DNA from: an uncultured Gammaproteobacteria bacterium
GTDB taxonomy: Bacteria; Pseudomonadota; Gammaproteobacteria; SZUA-229
Assembly (NCBI GenBank): GCA_913065105.1
Contig: CAJXZZ010000027.1
Span: 1-34,635 of the forward strand
DNA length: 34,635 bases
Direction of reading: 5' to 3'
Below the pieces are notes generated by a model that was given only the letters and a program-made list of their open reading frames with translations, did not search any database and was not told the DNA's origin. Of this stretch, positions 10,107 to 19,921 are shown one piece after another (the stretch's first letter is position 1; each line of letters opens with the position of its first letter). The translations under genes were made by a program, and so were the position numbers.

Positions 10107-10595
10107 TTATTTAACGATTATTTCAAAAAAGACATCACCATTATCGATATCACGTGCCCCATACGTTTTGCCCTGTTTTTCAAAAAACCGATAATGGTAA
10201 GTTCGCACCCCATCGGTAGCGATAATCTCATCTTCTGACACTTTGAATTCAGGCTCACCTTCAAGCGGTGGTGCTCTCGCCAGTAATCTTGGATCAAGAA
10301 AATAACCGGGCTTAGCACTTTTCACTGCTTCTGATTTTCTACTTTCTGCACTTTTTGCATCGGATTTAGCACGTGTAGAATTGGAGACCGCGTCAGTTGC
10401 TATATCTCTAACCTCGATCTTATGCTGTTTTAATAATTCTATTAACTGCAGCCCCGTTAATTGCACATAATTATTTTCAACGAGCTCATCAACCGTTAAA
10501 AAATGCGCATCCTGTGCATTAACACTATTAAACAAGCCCGCAAATATTAACAATAGGGTAGCAACACCATGGTTTTTAAACTTGAATGACTGCAT
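10107..10595 (-). CDS. Secreted/periplasmic hypothetical protein
   Basis: Signal peptide …LLLIFAGLFNSVNA, Lys/Ser-rich linker and a C-terminal globular region. Directly downstream of the doxX-like gene on the same strand. Confidence 0.6.
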   Translation of the reverse strand: MQSFKFKNHGVATLLLIFAGLFNSVNAQDAHFLTVDELVENNYVQLTGLQLIELLKQHKIEVRDIATDAVSNSTRAKSDAKSAESRKSEAVKSAKPGYFLDPRLLARAPPLEGEPEFKVSEDEIIATDGVRTYHYRFFEKQGKTYGARDIDNGDVFFEIIVK

Positions 10596-10599
10596 CAGG

Positions 10600-11007
10600 T
10601 TAATCCTGTTTAAATGCCAGTTTCCCGCTACCTAAAAACATTATTGCAAGTGCCGATAACAGATAAAACATCTGCAATTCAACTGCCAGACCACCATGTT
10701 CTGTCAAACTAAATAAATCGCCACTATGCGCGAGCAATAATGCAACAACCATATTTACTACAATTAGGAGACCGCCAATTCTTGCCTGATAACCCACTAC
10801 CACCATTAGTGGTGCAACCACTTCACCAATATAGACGCCATAAGCGAAGAATGCCGGCAGACTATTAGCACTTAACATACCGCCAATAAAATCTAGCGAG
10901 CCAGGATGCATTATTTTTGCCACACCATGAAACAGCATTAATAAACCAACACACAATCTGAGAATCAGCTTGCCAGTATCTGGACTTAACGAAGATAAAT
11001 TCATCAC
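10600..11007 (-). CDS. DoxX family membrane protein
   Basis: Four hydrophobic helices in ~135 aa and a GxxKxxxP-like motif (FHGVAKIMHP), typical of DoxX. Confidence 0.8.
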   Translation of the reverse strand: MMNLSSLSPDTGKLILRLCVGLLMLFHGVAKIMHPGSLDFIGGMLSANSLPAFFAYGVYIGEVVAPLMVVVGYQARIGGLLIVVNMVVALLLAHSGDLFSLTEHGGLAVELQMFYLLSALAIMFLGSGKLAFKQD

Positions 11008-11101
11008 ACACCTCTTTTACGAAAAAGTAGTTACTCGATCGTCATCCACTTAAAATCAATATTAATATAATTACAAGTATAATTTTTGTTTCACCTGGGC
11101 T

Positions 11102-11623
11102 ATGCTTCAGCATAAGCACACAAAAATAATAATAAATAAATATACTATGAACAATATATCACTATTACTCCCGAAAAACCGTCGACCAGTATGGTCGCCA
11201 GTATTAAACACCACCGACGATAATCCAGGTAACGAATTCTCCGAATTTATAGAAATACCTCTGCTCGGAAAAATTACCGCCGGTAGCCCCATCGAGCGTG
11301 TTGAGGACGATGAACGTGTAAAAGTGCCTGCCAACATGGTGCGCAAAGATACCTATGCGTTAAAAGTGTCCGGCCATTCCATGATCGACGATAATATTCA
11401 AGATGGTGACATTGTCATCATTGAAAAGAGACAATCCGCCGAAAATGGACAGTCTGTTGTCGCGCTAATTAATAACGAGCAGGTCACGCTGAAAAAGTTT
11501 TATATCGAAGCTGACGGTATTCGTCTACAACCGGCTAATCCTGAGATGGACGCCATCCTGCTTAAAAATGAAGAAGTAGAAGTACTGGGTGTCGTAACAG
11601 GGGTTATTCGTCGATTTGAGTAA
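11102..11623 (+). CDS. LexA/UmuD-like S24 peptidase-family protein lacking a recognisable N-terminal DNA-binding domain
   Basis: Linker/cleavage region IPLLGKITAG|SP (Ala-Gly site). Ser-Lys dyad context (GHSMIDDNIQDGDIVIIEK … TLKKF). A more likely start is the internal Met (MNNISLL…, ~11147). No winged-helix segment upstream. Confidence 0.7.
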   Translation: MLQHKHTKIIINKYTMNNISLLLPKNRRPVWSPVLNTTDDNPGNEFSEFIEIPLLGKITAGSPIERVEDDERVKVPANMVRKDTYALKVSGHSMIDDNIQDGDIVIIEKRQSAENGQSVVALINNEQVTLKKFYIEADGIRLQPANPEMDAILLKNEEVEVLGVVTGVIRRFE

Positions 11624-11640
11624 ATAAAAAAATCCTATGA

Positions 11641-11677
11641 AAAGGGCTTGCTGATAATATCTCAAGCCCTTTTTTTA
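11641..11677 (+). terminator. Rho-independent terminator after the S24-family gene
   Basis: AAAGGGCTTG-ctgataatatct-CAAGCCCTTTTTTT. The track ORF 11648..11857 overlaps it and is probably spurious. Confidence 0.7.
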
Positions 11678-11861
11678 TGTGTTTTTAATACCCCCGCACA
11701 GCTGCTCTTCGGCAGAAAAGACTGTGTAAATCTTAGGGAGATAGTCATTGCATCTAATGGTAGAATTCGCCGTGTGTCGAAGTCGCCGCTAAAGTTGAAA
11801 CAAGTAACGCTTGCAGTCCGCCAGAAATATTCAACTAACTATTTGAATTTCAAGTGATTAT

Positions 11862-13541
11862 ATGAAAGTCCAGGTAAGTGAATTAATCGTTAAATATATG
11901 GAACGCCTCGGCATAGATACCATTTTCGGTATGCCAGGTGCTCATATTCTGCCGGTTTACGACAGCCTGTATAACTCATCAATTCAATCTGTTCTTGCCA
12001 AGCACGAACAGGGCGCCGCCTTCATGGCCTGTGGTTATGCCCGCGCTTCCGGCAAAATCAGTGCCTGTATTACCACTGCTGGACCAGGCGCAACAAATCT
12101 GGTCACCGGCATTGCTAATGCTTATGCCGACAAACAACCTATCCTTATCATCACAGGCGAGACCCCAACCTACATATTTGGTAAAGGCGGATTACAGGAA
12201 AGTTCTGGTGAAGGCGATAGTATAAATCAGTGCGCTTTGTTTGACAGCATTACTCGATATAACCGGGTTATCGAACGTACCGACTACCTGGAAAATGTGC
12301 TTAACCAGACATCAAAGATTCTATTGTCCGATAATTCAGGACCAGTTTTACTCAGCCTGCCCTTTAATGTGCAAAAAGAAATGGTCGAGCTTGATATCCT
12401 CGACAAGATTATTACGCGCAATAAACCAGCGACACATCTAAATGGATCGCAGCCGTCACCACAGATTCAACACTTTGTTGACCTGCTTAAAGACAGTAAT
12501 AAACCCGTCATTGTTTCCGGATATGGCTGCATTAAATCTGGCGCACAATCATTAGTCACAGAATTAAGCCAGTCATTAAACATCCCCGTCACTTCCAGCC
12601 TTAAAGGAAAAGGCACGATCAATGAATGCTCCGAATTATCGTTAGGTAGCTTAGGTGTAACGTCTAGTGGTTATGCGTTTGACTACATCGTTAAGCAGTC
12701 AGATCTGGTCATGGTCTTAGGCGCCAGTTTTAACGAACGCACCAGTTACCTGTGGAACGACAAATTACTTGGTGATAAAAATGTTATCCAGGTCGACATT
12801 AATGATGAACAATTAAATAAAGTTTACCAGGCTGACCTTACTATCCATGCTGATATCAAGCATACACTGAACAGCGTGATGAAAAAGGTAGAAGAACAGT
12901 CGCTAGATAAGAAACAGCTGGAAAATATCCATGATTTCAAAAACAGCTACGAAGACAAAGCCAACAAGGATGGCAACTCTATTTTTCAGGCCGAATTCTC
13001 TTTAGTTAAAGCTTTCTTTGAAAAAATGAATACACATTTTCCTGAAGGAATTTCGGTGTTTGATGACAACATAATTTTTGCACAGAACCTGCTTCAGGTT
13101 TCAACAAAAAATCGCTTTTATCCAAATTCCGGTGTTTCATCTTTAGGGCATGCCATACCTGCGGCTATTGGTGCACAGTTTTCTAAACAGACAACCATGT
13201 TTGCCATAATCGGGGACGGCGGCTTTCAGATGTGCTGCATGGAAATAATGACCGCGGTAAATTACGAAAAACCGTTGAACATAATATTGTTCAACAATGG
13301 CAGCATGGGACTGATTCGAAAAAATCAGGTGCAGAGTTACAATAATCGATTTATAGATTGCGACTTCAGTAATCCGGACTACAAAAAACTGGCTGATGCT
13401 TTTGGCATCAATCACGCTTTGATAGAAACAGATAACGACCTTGAGACACTATTTGAAAACACCGACTTTACCACGGGTATAAACCTTATCGAGATCATCA
13501 TCGATAAGGATGCTTTCCCTAATTACTCTTCAAGAAGATAA
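11862..13541 (+). CDS. Thiamine-pyrophosphate-dependent enzyme of the acetolactate-synthase-like family
   Basis: N-terminal Pyr domain (GMPGAHILPVYD, …TAGPGATNLVTGIANAYAD…). C-terminal TPP motif GDGGFQM…NNGSMGLIR. 559 aa. Confidence 0.85.
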   Translation: MKVQVSELIVKYMERLGIDTIFGMPGAHILPVYDSLYNSSIQSVLAKHEQGAAFMACGYARASGKISACITTAGPGATNLVTGIANAYADKQPILIITGETPTYIFGKGGLQESSGEGDSINQCALFDSITRYNRVIERTDYLENVLNQTSKILLSDNSGPVLLSLPFNVQKEMVELDILDKIITRNKPATHLNGSQPSPQIQHFVDLLKDSNKPVIVSGYGCIKSGAQSLVTELSQSLNIPVTSSLKGKGTINECSELSLGSLGVTSSGYAFDYIVKQSDLVMVLGASFNERTSYLWNDKLLGDKNVIQVDINDEQLNKVYQADLTIHADIKHTLNSVMKKVEEQSLDKKQLENIHDFKNSYEDKANKDGNSIFQAEFSLVKAFFEKMNTHFPEGISVFDDNIIFAQNLLQVSTKNRFYPNSGVSSLGHAIPAAIGAQFSKQTTMFAIIGDGGFQMCCMEIMTAVNYEKPLNIILFNNGSMGLIRKNQVQSYNNRFIDCDFSNPDYKKLADAFGINHALIETDNDLETLFENTDFTTGINLIEIIIDKDAFPNYSSRR

Positions 13542-13567
13542 CTCCTGGTAACAGAATATCCAGACCA

Positions 13568-15433
13568 ATGAAATCCGTAGAAAATACATCACTGCTTCAG
13601 CAAACCAGAAAAATTGCTGAAAGTACAAAGGTAAATACTGCTGAACTGGACAACCTGATCAAGCAGCTAACGCAATCCGCTGACGACAACGCGATCGATC
13701 GAGTCATCGCACTATACAATAAAACAATAATAAAATATGAGCAGGCCATCTGGCAGGATAATCCGTCAGATAAAGAGATTGAGCAATACCAGGATTCTTT
13801 TAGAGTATTAGAGAAGATCTATGAATTAAAATCTAACGATGAACGCTATAACTTCAAAATCGTTATTCCCATTGCTGATAGACCACAACATTTAAAACAA
13901 TGCCTGGATAGTTTATTAAAGCTTTGCCAGTGTTATCAGTATGGCGGTTACAAAAACAGTACCTATAGCAAGATATCCGTCTTGATCGCTGATGACTCAA
14001 GAGATGAAAAAAACATCCGACTACATGAACAATACTGTGCAGAATTTACAAAAGCAGGACTTTTAGTCGAGCATTTTGGACTAAAAGAGCAACTAGCCCT
14101 GGTTAACGCCGTTACCACAAGTCACGTGGCGTTAGATAATATTATCCCTGATACTGATGACATCAAGGACGCCTCCGATTTTTCGCATAAAGGCGCGTCT
14201 ATCATGCGCAATATTACTTATCTAAAACTGAATAACGAAATCAATAAAAATACTGACAGGGATAATACATTAATTTATTTCATCGATAGCGATCAGGAAT
14301 TTTGCGTCAATACCACACGATCAGATAACCAATATGCGATCAACTACTTTCATTATCTGAATGGTATATTTAAAACACAAAACATCTCTATCCTTACGGG
14401 AAAAGTTGTCGGCGATCCTCCCGTCTCCCCTTCTGTCATGGCGGGAAATTTTCAACAGGACATCAAAAACTTTCTAGATTCAATCGCAGGATCAAACCCT
14501 GTAGATGCGTGCCAGTTTCATCAACATCTGGAAAAGTGTGAAGATGATGCCTCATATCATGATATGGCCGATCTATTCGGCTTCTCAAACAAAAACAAAA
14601 CATTCGACTACCATTGCACACTGAAAAATAATCATACCAACGCCGAATGTTTACATGATTTTTCTAACAAGCTAAGTCACTTTTTTTATGGCGAGCATCC
14701 GACGAGAAAAACATACTTCAACTATGACGATGGATTCGCTAAAACAACCACTGCCAGGACCGTATATACAGGAAACTATATAATAAAACCTGACGCACTG
14801 GATTATTTCATTCCCTTTGCCACTCTGAAATTACGCATGGCGGGACCTGTTCTAGGTCGTGTCTTAAAGACTAGACTTCAACATCAGTTCGTGTCGGCTA
14901 ATTTACCTATGTTACATAATCGAACGGTTGCTTCGACTGGGGAATCCGAATTTCGACCAGGCGTGAAAAATAACACCAGCGGTATTGACCTGGGTAATGA
15001 ATTCATCCGTCAGTTCTATGGTGATGTTTTATTGTTTTCCATGGAAGAAATAACCAACGCAGGCATCACATTAAACGATACCAATAAAGAAATAATACAG
15101 ACTATCCTGAATCAAAAATACCAGACGATCAAACACAGCTACATCGAAAAACACTACACGATATTGCAGTTAAAAACACAGATCAGAAAATTGCTAAACG
15201 ATCAGAAACACTGGTGGCATAGATCATCAACTAAACCACTACTTGCTGAAAACACACTCACCAACTTCAACACTTTCCTGGACAATATTCAGAAAAACTT
15301 TGATGAGAATACTGACGCCTATCGCGAGATAACGCTAACAGAACATGCAGATAAACATTTGCAAAAACTTCTTCATGCTATCCTGCATTATCAGGCTGAC
15401 TTGATAAGCTGGAAAAAATTTCTCAACAGTTAA
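13568..15433 (+). CDS. Large (621 aa) hypothetical protein with a GT-A (family-2-like) glycosyltransferase-type core
   Basis: FKIVIPIADRPQHLKQCLDSLL resembles the GT2 N-terminal motif. LIADDSRDE and IYFIDSDQEF resemble DD/DxD motifs. Long uncharacterised C-terminal extension. Very AT-rich. Confidence 0.5.
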   Translation: MKSVENTSLLQQTRKIAESTKVNTAELDNLIKQLTQSADDNAIDRVIALYNKTIIKYEQAIWQDNPSDKEIEQYQDSFRVLEKIYELKSNDERYNFKIVIPIADRPQHLKQCLDSLLKLCQCYQYGGYKNSTYSKISVLIADDSRDEKNIRLHEQYCAEFTKAGLLVEHFGLKEQLALVNAVTTSHVALDNIIPDTDDIKDASDFSHKGASIMRNITYLKLNNEINKNTDRDNTLIYFIDSDQEFCVNTTRSDNQYAINYFHYLNGIFKTQNISILTGKVVGDPPVSPSVMAGNFQQDIKNFLDSIAGSNPVDACQFHQHLEKCEDDASYHDMADLFGFSNKNKTFDYHCTLKNNHTNAECLHDFSNKLSHFFYGEHPTRKTYFNYDDGFAKTTTARTVYTGNYIIKPDALDYFIPFATLKLRMAGPVLGRVLKTRLQHQFVSANLPMLHNRTVASTGESEFRPGVKNNTSGIDLGNEFIRQFYGDVLLFSMEEITNAGITLNDTNKEIIQTILNQKYQTIKHSYIEKHYTILQLKTQIRKLLNDQKHWWHRSSTKPLLAENTLTNFNTFLDNIQKNFDENTDAYREITLTEHADKHLQKLLHAILHYQADLISWKKFLNS

Positions 15434-15450
15434 AATCAACATAAAAACTA

Positions 15451-15981
15451 ATGAATATCTTCATCTTAAACTCCGGTCGCTGTGGCTCCACCACATTTAT
15501 TAAAGCTTGTGCTCACATAAAAAATTACACTAGTGCTCATGAATCCTTATTAACTGAAACCGGATCAAGACGTTTTAATTATCCTGAAAACCATATTGAA
15601 GCGGACAATCGGCTCTCCTGGTTGCTAGGGCGACTTGATGATATTTATGCAGACAATGCCTTTTATGTGCACCTACATCGTAACCCACAGGATACTGCAA
15701 ACAGCTTTTCTAAACGAATAGATTTTGGCATTCTAAAAGCTTACGAACAGGGAATATTACTGCATGAGCAGCATCTCAAATCGCCTCTCGATATAGCAAA
15801 CGATTATCTAGAAACGGTCGATAGCAATATAAAACTTTTTCTAAGAGATAAATCCAGAAAAATGGATATTTCGCTCGAAACCATACAAGCAGACTTCACT
15901 GGCTTCTGGAACAGGATTAACGCCCAGGGAAATCTGGACGACGCATTAGAAGAATGGAAGACAAACTACAACGCTTCCTGA
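15451..15981 (+). CDS. Sulfotransferase-like protein (Stf0-type PAPS-binding motif)
   Basis: N-terminal LNSGRCGSTTF resembles the Stf0/sulfotransferase 5'-PSB loop (RSGST). 176 aa is shorter than typical, so the assignment is tentative. Confidence 0.5.
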   Translation: MNIFILNSGRCGSTTFIKACAHIKNYTSAHESLLTETGSRRFNYPENHIEADNRLSWLLGRLDDIYADNAFYVHLHRNPQDTANSFSKRIDFGILKAYEQGILLHEQHLKSPLDIANDYLETVDSNIKLFLRDKSRKMDISLETIQADFTGFWNRINAQGNLDDALEEWKTNYNAS

Positions 15982-15990
15982 GAACTCCAT

Positions 15991-16614
15991 TCAGCCGCGT
16001 TTTAGTATAAAACAACCACGCTCATTCTCGATATATTCAGCCCGAAACTCAGGATATGCTGTTAGCCAACGCACGACTATTTCCTGCTCGTCGTCTCTCG
16101 CGGCATCATCCAGAAAAACAGCACATTCATCTGCGAGCTGGTCGTAGAGTAATGGCAATGCGGGGTATCGCGAATGTTCCTGTATGAACCCAGGCGGGCC
16201 ATCAATAACTAATAAGTCAATTTTAGAAACAGGGAAATTATACAGCTCATACCATTGAAAATTCTCATCGCCTATCTGGATGTTTTGTAAAGGAGCATGA
16301 ACAACCTCACAAAAACTAGACAAAGAAAAATCACCTAACTGTTGCTGCGTTTGATCAACAAACTGCTGACCATTCTCAAGACTATAAACATGACCATGCT
16401 GATTTAACTGACAACATCTTGATAACACCAGACTACTGGTTCCGCTACTGCACTCGACGATGGTCTTCGGTTTATTCTGTCTACAATAATCACTGATTAT
16501 TGTTAGAAAATCTGCCGCCGCAGACCAGTCTTTTGTAACAGGTAAAGCTTTTTCAAAACCGAGTGCTTTTTCCAGGTTCTGGTAAGAGGATTCTGATGAG
16601 GGATTATTTTTCAT
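15991..16614 (-). CDS. Class I SAM-dependent methyltransferase-like protein (O-methyltransferase-type fold)
   Basis: Motif I-like IVECSSGTSSLVL and post-I acidic LLVIDGPPG, resembling TylF/MycF and macrocin-O-MT-like enzymes. Convergent with the upstream three-gene cluster. Confidence 0.6.
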   Translation of the reverse strand: MKNNPSSESSYQNLEKALGFEKALPVTKDWSAAADFLTIISDYCRQNKPKTIVECSSGTSSLVLSRCCQLNQHGHVYSLENGQQFVDQTQQQLGDFSLSSFCEVVHAPLQNIQIGDENFQWYELYNFPVSKIDLLVIDGPPGFIQEHSRYPALPLLYDQLADECAVFLDDAARDDEQEIVVRWLTAYPEFRAEYIENERGCFILKRG

Positions 16615-16631
16615 AATAAATATTAAAAACT

Positions 16632-16657
16632 AAAAAGCAGCCAAACAGCTGCTTTTT
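16632..16657. terminator. Perfectly palindromic rho-independent terminator (bidirectional)
   Basis: AAAAAGCAGC-caaaca-GCTGCTTTTT. Confidence 0.65.
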
Positions 16658-16680
16658 AACTAACAAATCTACCGTATAAA

Positions 16681-16872
16681 TTACGCTTGATTCGTCATAT
16701 CCTGACCGCAACACATTGGTGATTTCACCTTACCATGACCATCAGGACATTTAGATACATGCACCTTGGTTCCATCATCAGTTGTAATCGTGTCGTGAAC
16801 CAGCTCTTTACCACATTCAGCACAAGTCATTGTACCGATACCCATACCACATACTTCGCATTTGTAAGCCAT
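16681..16872 (-). CDS. Desulforedoxin-like rubredoxin-type small Cys protein (63 aa) with an inserted CxxC/His segment
   Basis: YKCEVCG … CCGQDM matches the desulforedoxin Fe(Cys)4 signature (YKCELCG … CCGEDM). A ~30 aa insertion carries CAEC, KCPDGHG and an additional Cys. Confidence 0.6.
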   Translation of the reverse strand: MAYKCEVCGMGIGTMTCAECGKELVHDTITTDDGTKVHVSKCPDGHGKVKSPMCCGQDMTNQA

Positions 16873-17070
16873 TTGACACCACCTTTTTAATCACATAGTT
16901 TTTTTATCGCATGACTAGTTTATTTCAATGCATAAGGTGAGTAAACAATAATATTCTTATCACTAAAACACTATAGGGTTAACTGTTATCAAGCATCAAA
17001 TACTTGTTAAATATTTAAACTGGTTTTTAAATACCACTTGTTTTATGTGCTTATAATTTGGGTAATACCA

Positions 17071-18324
17071 TTAGATAAAATGAGATGCCACTTCTATAGA
17101 CAAAAACAATACGGTAGTAACAAAACCCAGAATAGGCATCCACACCGAAAACACTCTTACTCCCTCTGGTTTAGGTTCACGTCGTTTTATTTTTATCAAA
17201 GCAAGATTGACCAGAGCAAATACCGTTAATACAAGATAACTGGTCAATTCTGCCAACGTCACCATAGGTAACATCAAAGCAAAAAATATCATCAGAGCTA
17301 CGATCAATAATGTGCTGTTCAACGGTATTCGCGTTATCGGGTGAATAGTCTCCAGCCATCCCGGCATCCAGCCACGATTTGCCATACCATAGAGCATGCG
17401 TGATGCCATAATGATCTGTATCAAAACACCATTTATCACCGCAAAAATTCCTATCACACTGATAATTACTGGTGCCCTGCCCGTTGCAGCAGTATAAACA
17501 CTGGCCAGTGGCGCATCTGACAGTGATAGCTCGACAGGTGTCAGCACACTGACGGCAACCAGTGAGACCAGGCCATATAACAATGCCGAAATTATCACAC
17601 ACAATAATATTGCTATTGGCATAGTTCGCTGCGGATTCTTAACTTCTTCAGCAACGTTTACCATATCTTCAAAACCAATATACGCGTAGAAAGCCAGAAA
17701 AGCGCCCGAAAAAACACCAAACAGCATTCCTACCTGAAAAGTAGAACTCGAATCAAGCTCGTTACCATTGCCCATCCATTGATCGACAGACAATTGGCCC
17801 AGCTGCGGAAGCTGATCGATACCGACAAAAATAATAATTAGCAGGCCAGCAACTTCAGCCAGGGTCAGCAAAGCAGCGACGCGCACTGACTGACTGATTC
17901 CCCACGATGCCAGACCACCGAGTGTAAGCAACATCAGGGTAATCATCAGCCAGCGTGGCAGATCAAAAAATACCTGCATATAACCAGCAAAACCGTGCGC
18001 GATAGTAGCGGAAGAGACTATGCCTGCAAAAGTAATGAGCAAACCCACTAGCAGCGATAATTGCTTTACACCAAAACCTTCGTATACATATACCGCCTCG
18101 CCGGCACTGACCGGATAACGTGAAGAAAGCTCGGCATAACTAAAGGCAGAAATAGCAGCAATGATTGATGCGATAAAAAATGATAATGGCGCAAAGTAAC
18201 CCGCCTCAGCGGCTACCTTGCCAACAAGGACATATATCCCTGCACCCAGAATATTGCCCAGACCATAAAAGGTAATAAGTGAGAGCGAAATACTTCGCTT
18301 TAAGCTTGTTTTTTGATTTACCAT
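17071..18324 (-). CDS. APC-superfamily amino acid permease
   Basis: 12 predicted TM helices and the N-terminal GLGNILGAGIYVLVG motif, typical of APC transporters. Confidence 0.85.
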   Translation of the reverse strand: MVNQKTSLKRSISLSLITFYGLGNILGAGIYVLVGKVAAEAGYFAPLSFFIASIIAAISAFSYAELSSRYPVSAGEAVYVYEGFGVKQLSLLVGLLITFAGIVSSATIAHGFAGYMQVFFDLPRWLMITLMLLTLGGLASWGISQSVRVAALLTLAEVAGLLIIIFVGIDQLPQLGQLSVDQWMGNGNELDSSSTFQVGMLFGVFSGAFLAFYAYIGFEDMVNVAEEVKNPQRTMPIAILLCVIISALLYGLVSLVAVSVLTPVELSLSDAPLASVYTAATGRAPVIISVIGIFAVINGVLIQIIMASRMLYGMANRGWMPGWLETIHPITRIPLNSTLLIVALMIFFALMLPMVTLAELTSYLVLTVFALVNLALIKIKRREPKPEGVRVFSVWMPILGFVTTVLFLSIEVASHFI

Positions 18325-18458
18325 CGACTCTCAGTGTAACAAAAGCACGGGTAATACAGGAGTACCCGCAAGCACAGAAAAAGTGGGGTATATTTATTAA
18401 ACCGCATTTATTTTAAAATAAACCTGTCCATTTTTGCTTTTATATCGTTGTACTCTCC

Positions 18459-19802
18459 ATGAAAAAACCTGAACTGCTTTCACCCGCCGGATTGATCAAA
18501 AACATGCGTTACGCCTTTGCCTACGGCGCAGATGCCGTCTATGCAGGGCTACCGAGATACAGCCTCAGGGTTCGTAATAATGATTTCCGCCTGCCTAACC
18601 TGGAAGCCGGCATCAGCGAAGCACACGAGCTGGGCAAAAAGTTTTTTGTGGCGACCAACATCCTGCCACATACCGCAAAGATCAAAACCTTTATGGATGA
18701 TATGGAACCGATTATCGCGCTTAATCCAGACGCCCTGATCATGGCTGATCCCGGCCTGATCATGATGATTAAAGACAAATGGCCCGATATGCCCATCCAT
18801 CTGTCGGTACAGGCGAATACCTTAAATTCACCTTCGGTTAGATTCTGGCAATCTGCAGGTGTTGAACGCATTATCCTGTCGCGCGAATTATCACTCGATG
18901 AGATCGCCGAGATTCGTAACGACTGCCCGGACATAGAACTAGAAGTCTTCATCCATGGTTCATTATGCATTGCCTATTCCGGCCGTTGCCTGTTATCAGG
19001 CTACTTTAACCACCGCGACCCCAACCAGGGCACCTGTACCAATTCGTGTCGCTGGAATTACAAAGTTAAAAACAATGATGGTGATCAGAGCATCGAAAAC
19101 ACCGGCATATGGAAACCCGATACTGATGATGCCAGTGAGATAACCTCACAGCAGTTTTTACTGGAAGAAGAAGGTCGTCAGGGTGAATACATGCCCATCG
19201 AAGAAGATGAACATGGCACCTATATCATGAACTCCCGAGATCTGCGTGCCGTCGAGCACGTACACCGCCTGGTGGATATCGGCGTTGATTGCCTGAAGAT
19301 CGAAGGCCGCACCAAATCCTATTATTACACTGCCAGGGCAACGCAGATATATCGCCAGGCGATCGATGATGCCGTCAGTGGAAAAAGCTTTGACCCGCAT
19401 CTCATGACCGAACTGGAAAACCTCGCCCACCGCGGTTACACCGATGGTTTTTTCGAACGCCACGCACCACAGGAAATGCAACGCTACCGTGACAGCAGCT
19501 CGCGCAGCCAGAGACAGATTTTTTCAGGTGAAGTCGTCGAATTCGATAAACAAAATAAACGTATTCTGGTCGATATTAAAAACAAGATTACCATCGGTGA
19601 TGACATGGAGTTATTAACCGCCAGCGGTAATCATCAATTTACCCTGAAGAACATGACTGACCAGAGAGGCAACAATATCGATTGCGCGCCTGGCAGTGGC
19701 CACCACGCGTGGGTTGGCGTGGAAGATAATATTGATGAAGTCCGCCTGGGCCTGCTGTGCCGAACGCTGAGTGAAGAATCTGCTCGCATCGATATAGATT
19801 AG
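18459..19802 (+). CDS. yegQ: Peptidase U32 family protein, YegQ/TrhP-like (tRNA hydroxylation-associated)
   Basis: Near-colinear with E. coli YegQ (MxKPELLSPAGxLKNMRYAFAYGADAVYAG…, GSLCIAYSGRCLLSGY…NQGTCTNxCRW). Confidence 0.88.
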   Translation: MKKPELLSPAGLIKNMRYAFAYGADAVYAGLPRYSLRVRNNDFRLPNLEAGISEAHELGKKFFVATNILPHTAKIKTFMDDMEPIIALNPDALIMADPGLIMMIKDKWPDMPIHLSVQANTLNSPSVRFWQSAGVERIILSRELSLDEIAEIRNDCPDIELEVFIHGSLCIAYSGRCLLSGYFNHRDPNQGTCTNSCRWNYKVKNNDGDQSIENTGIWKPDTDDASEITSQQFLLEEEGRQGEYMPIEEDEHGTYIMNSRDLRAVEHVHRLVDIGVDCLKIEGRTKSYYYTARATQIYRQAIDDAVSGKSFDPHLMTELENLAHRGYTDGFFERHAPQEMQRYRDSSSRSQRQIFSGEVVEFDKQNKRILVDIKNKITIGDDMELLTASGNHQFTLKNMTDQRGNNIDCAPGSGHHAWVGVEDNIDEVRLGLLCRTLSEESARIDID

Positions 19803-19921
19803 CGTTTTTCAGCACAAAATAGAGCATTGCCTTTCAAACCGACTAAACTTTAAACCTTACAAACAGTAAGACGATGACTTAGTACCATTTAAGTTCACCG
19901 CTATTCCAAAGGTTTACAGAT

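Noticed and set aside
11648-11857. 69-aa plus-strand ORF between the S24 gene and the TPP-enzyme gene
   Set aside because: Begins inside the terminator hairpin, with no RBS. More likely untranslated leader or promoter sequence.
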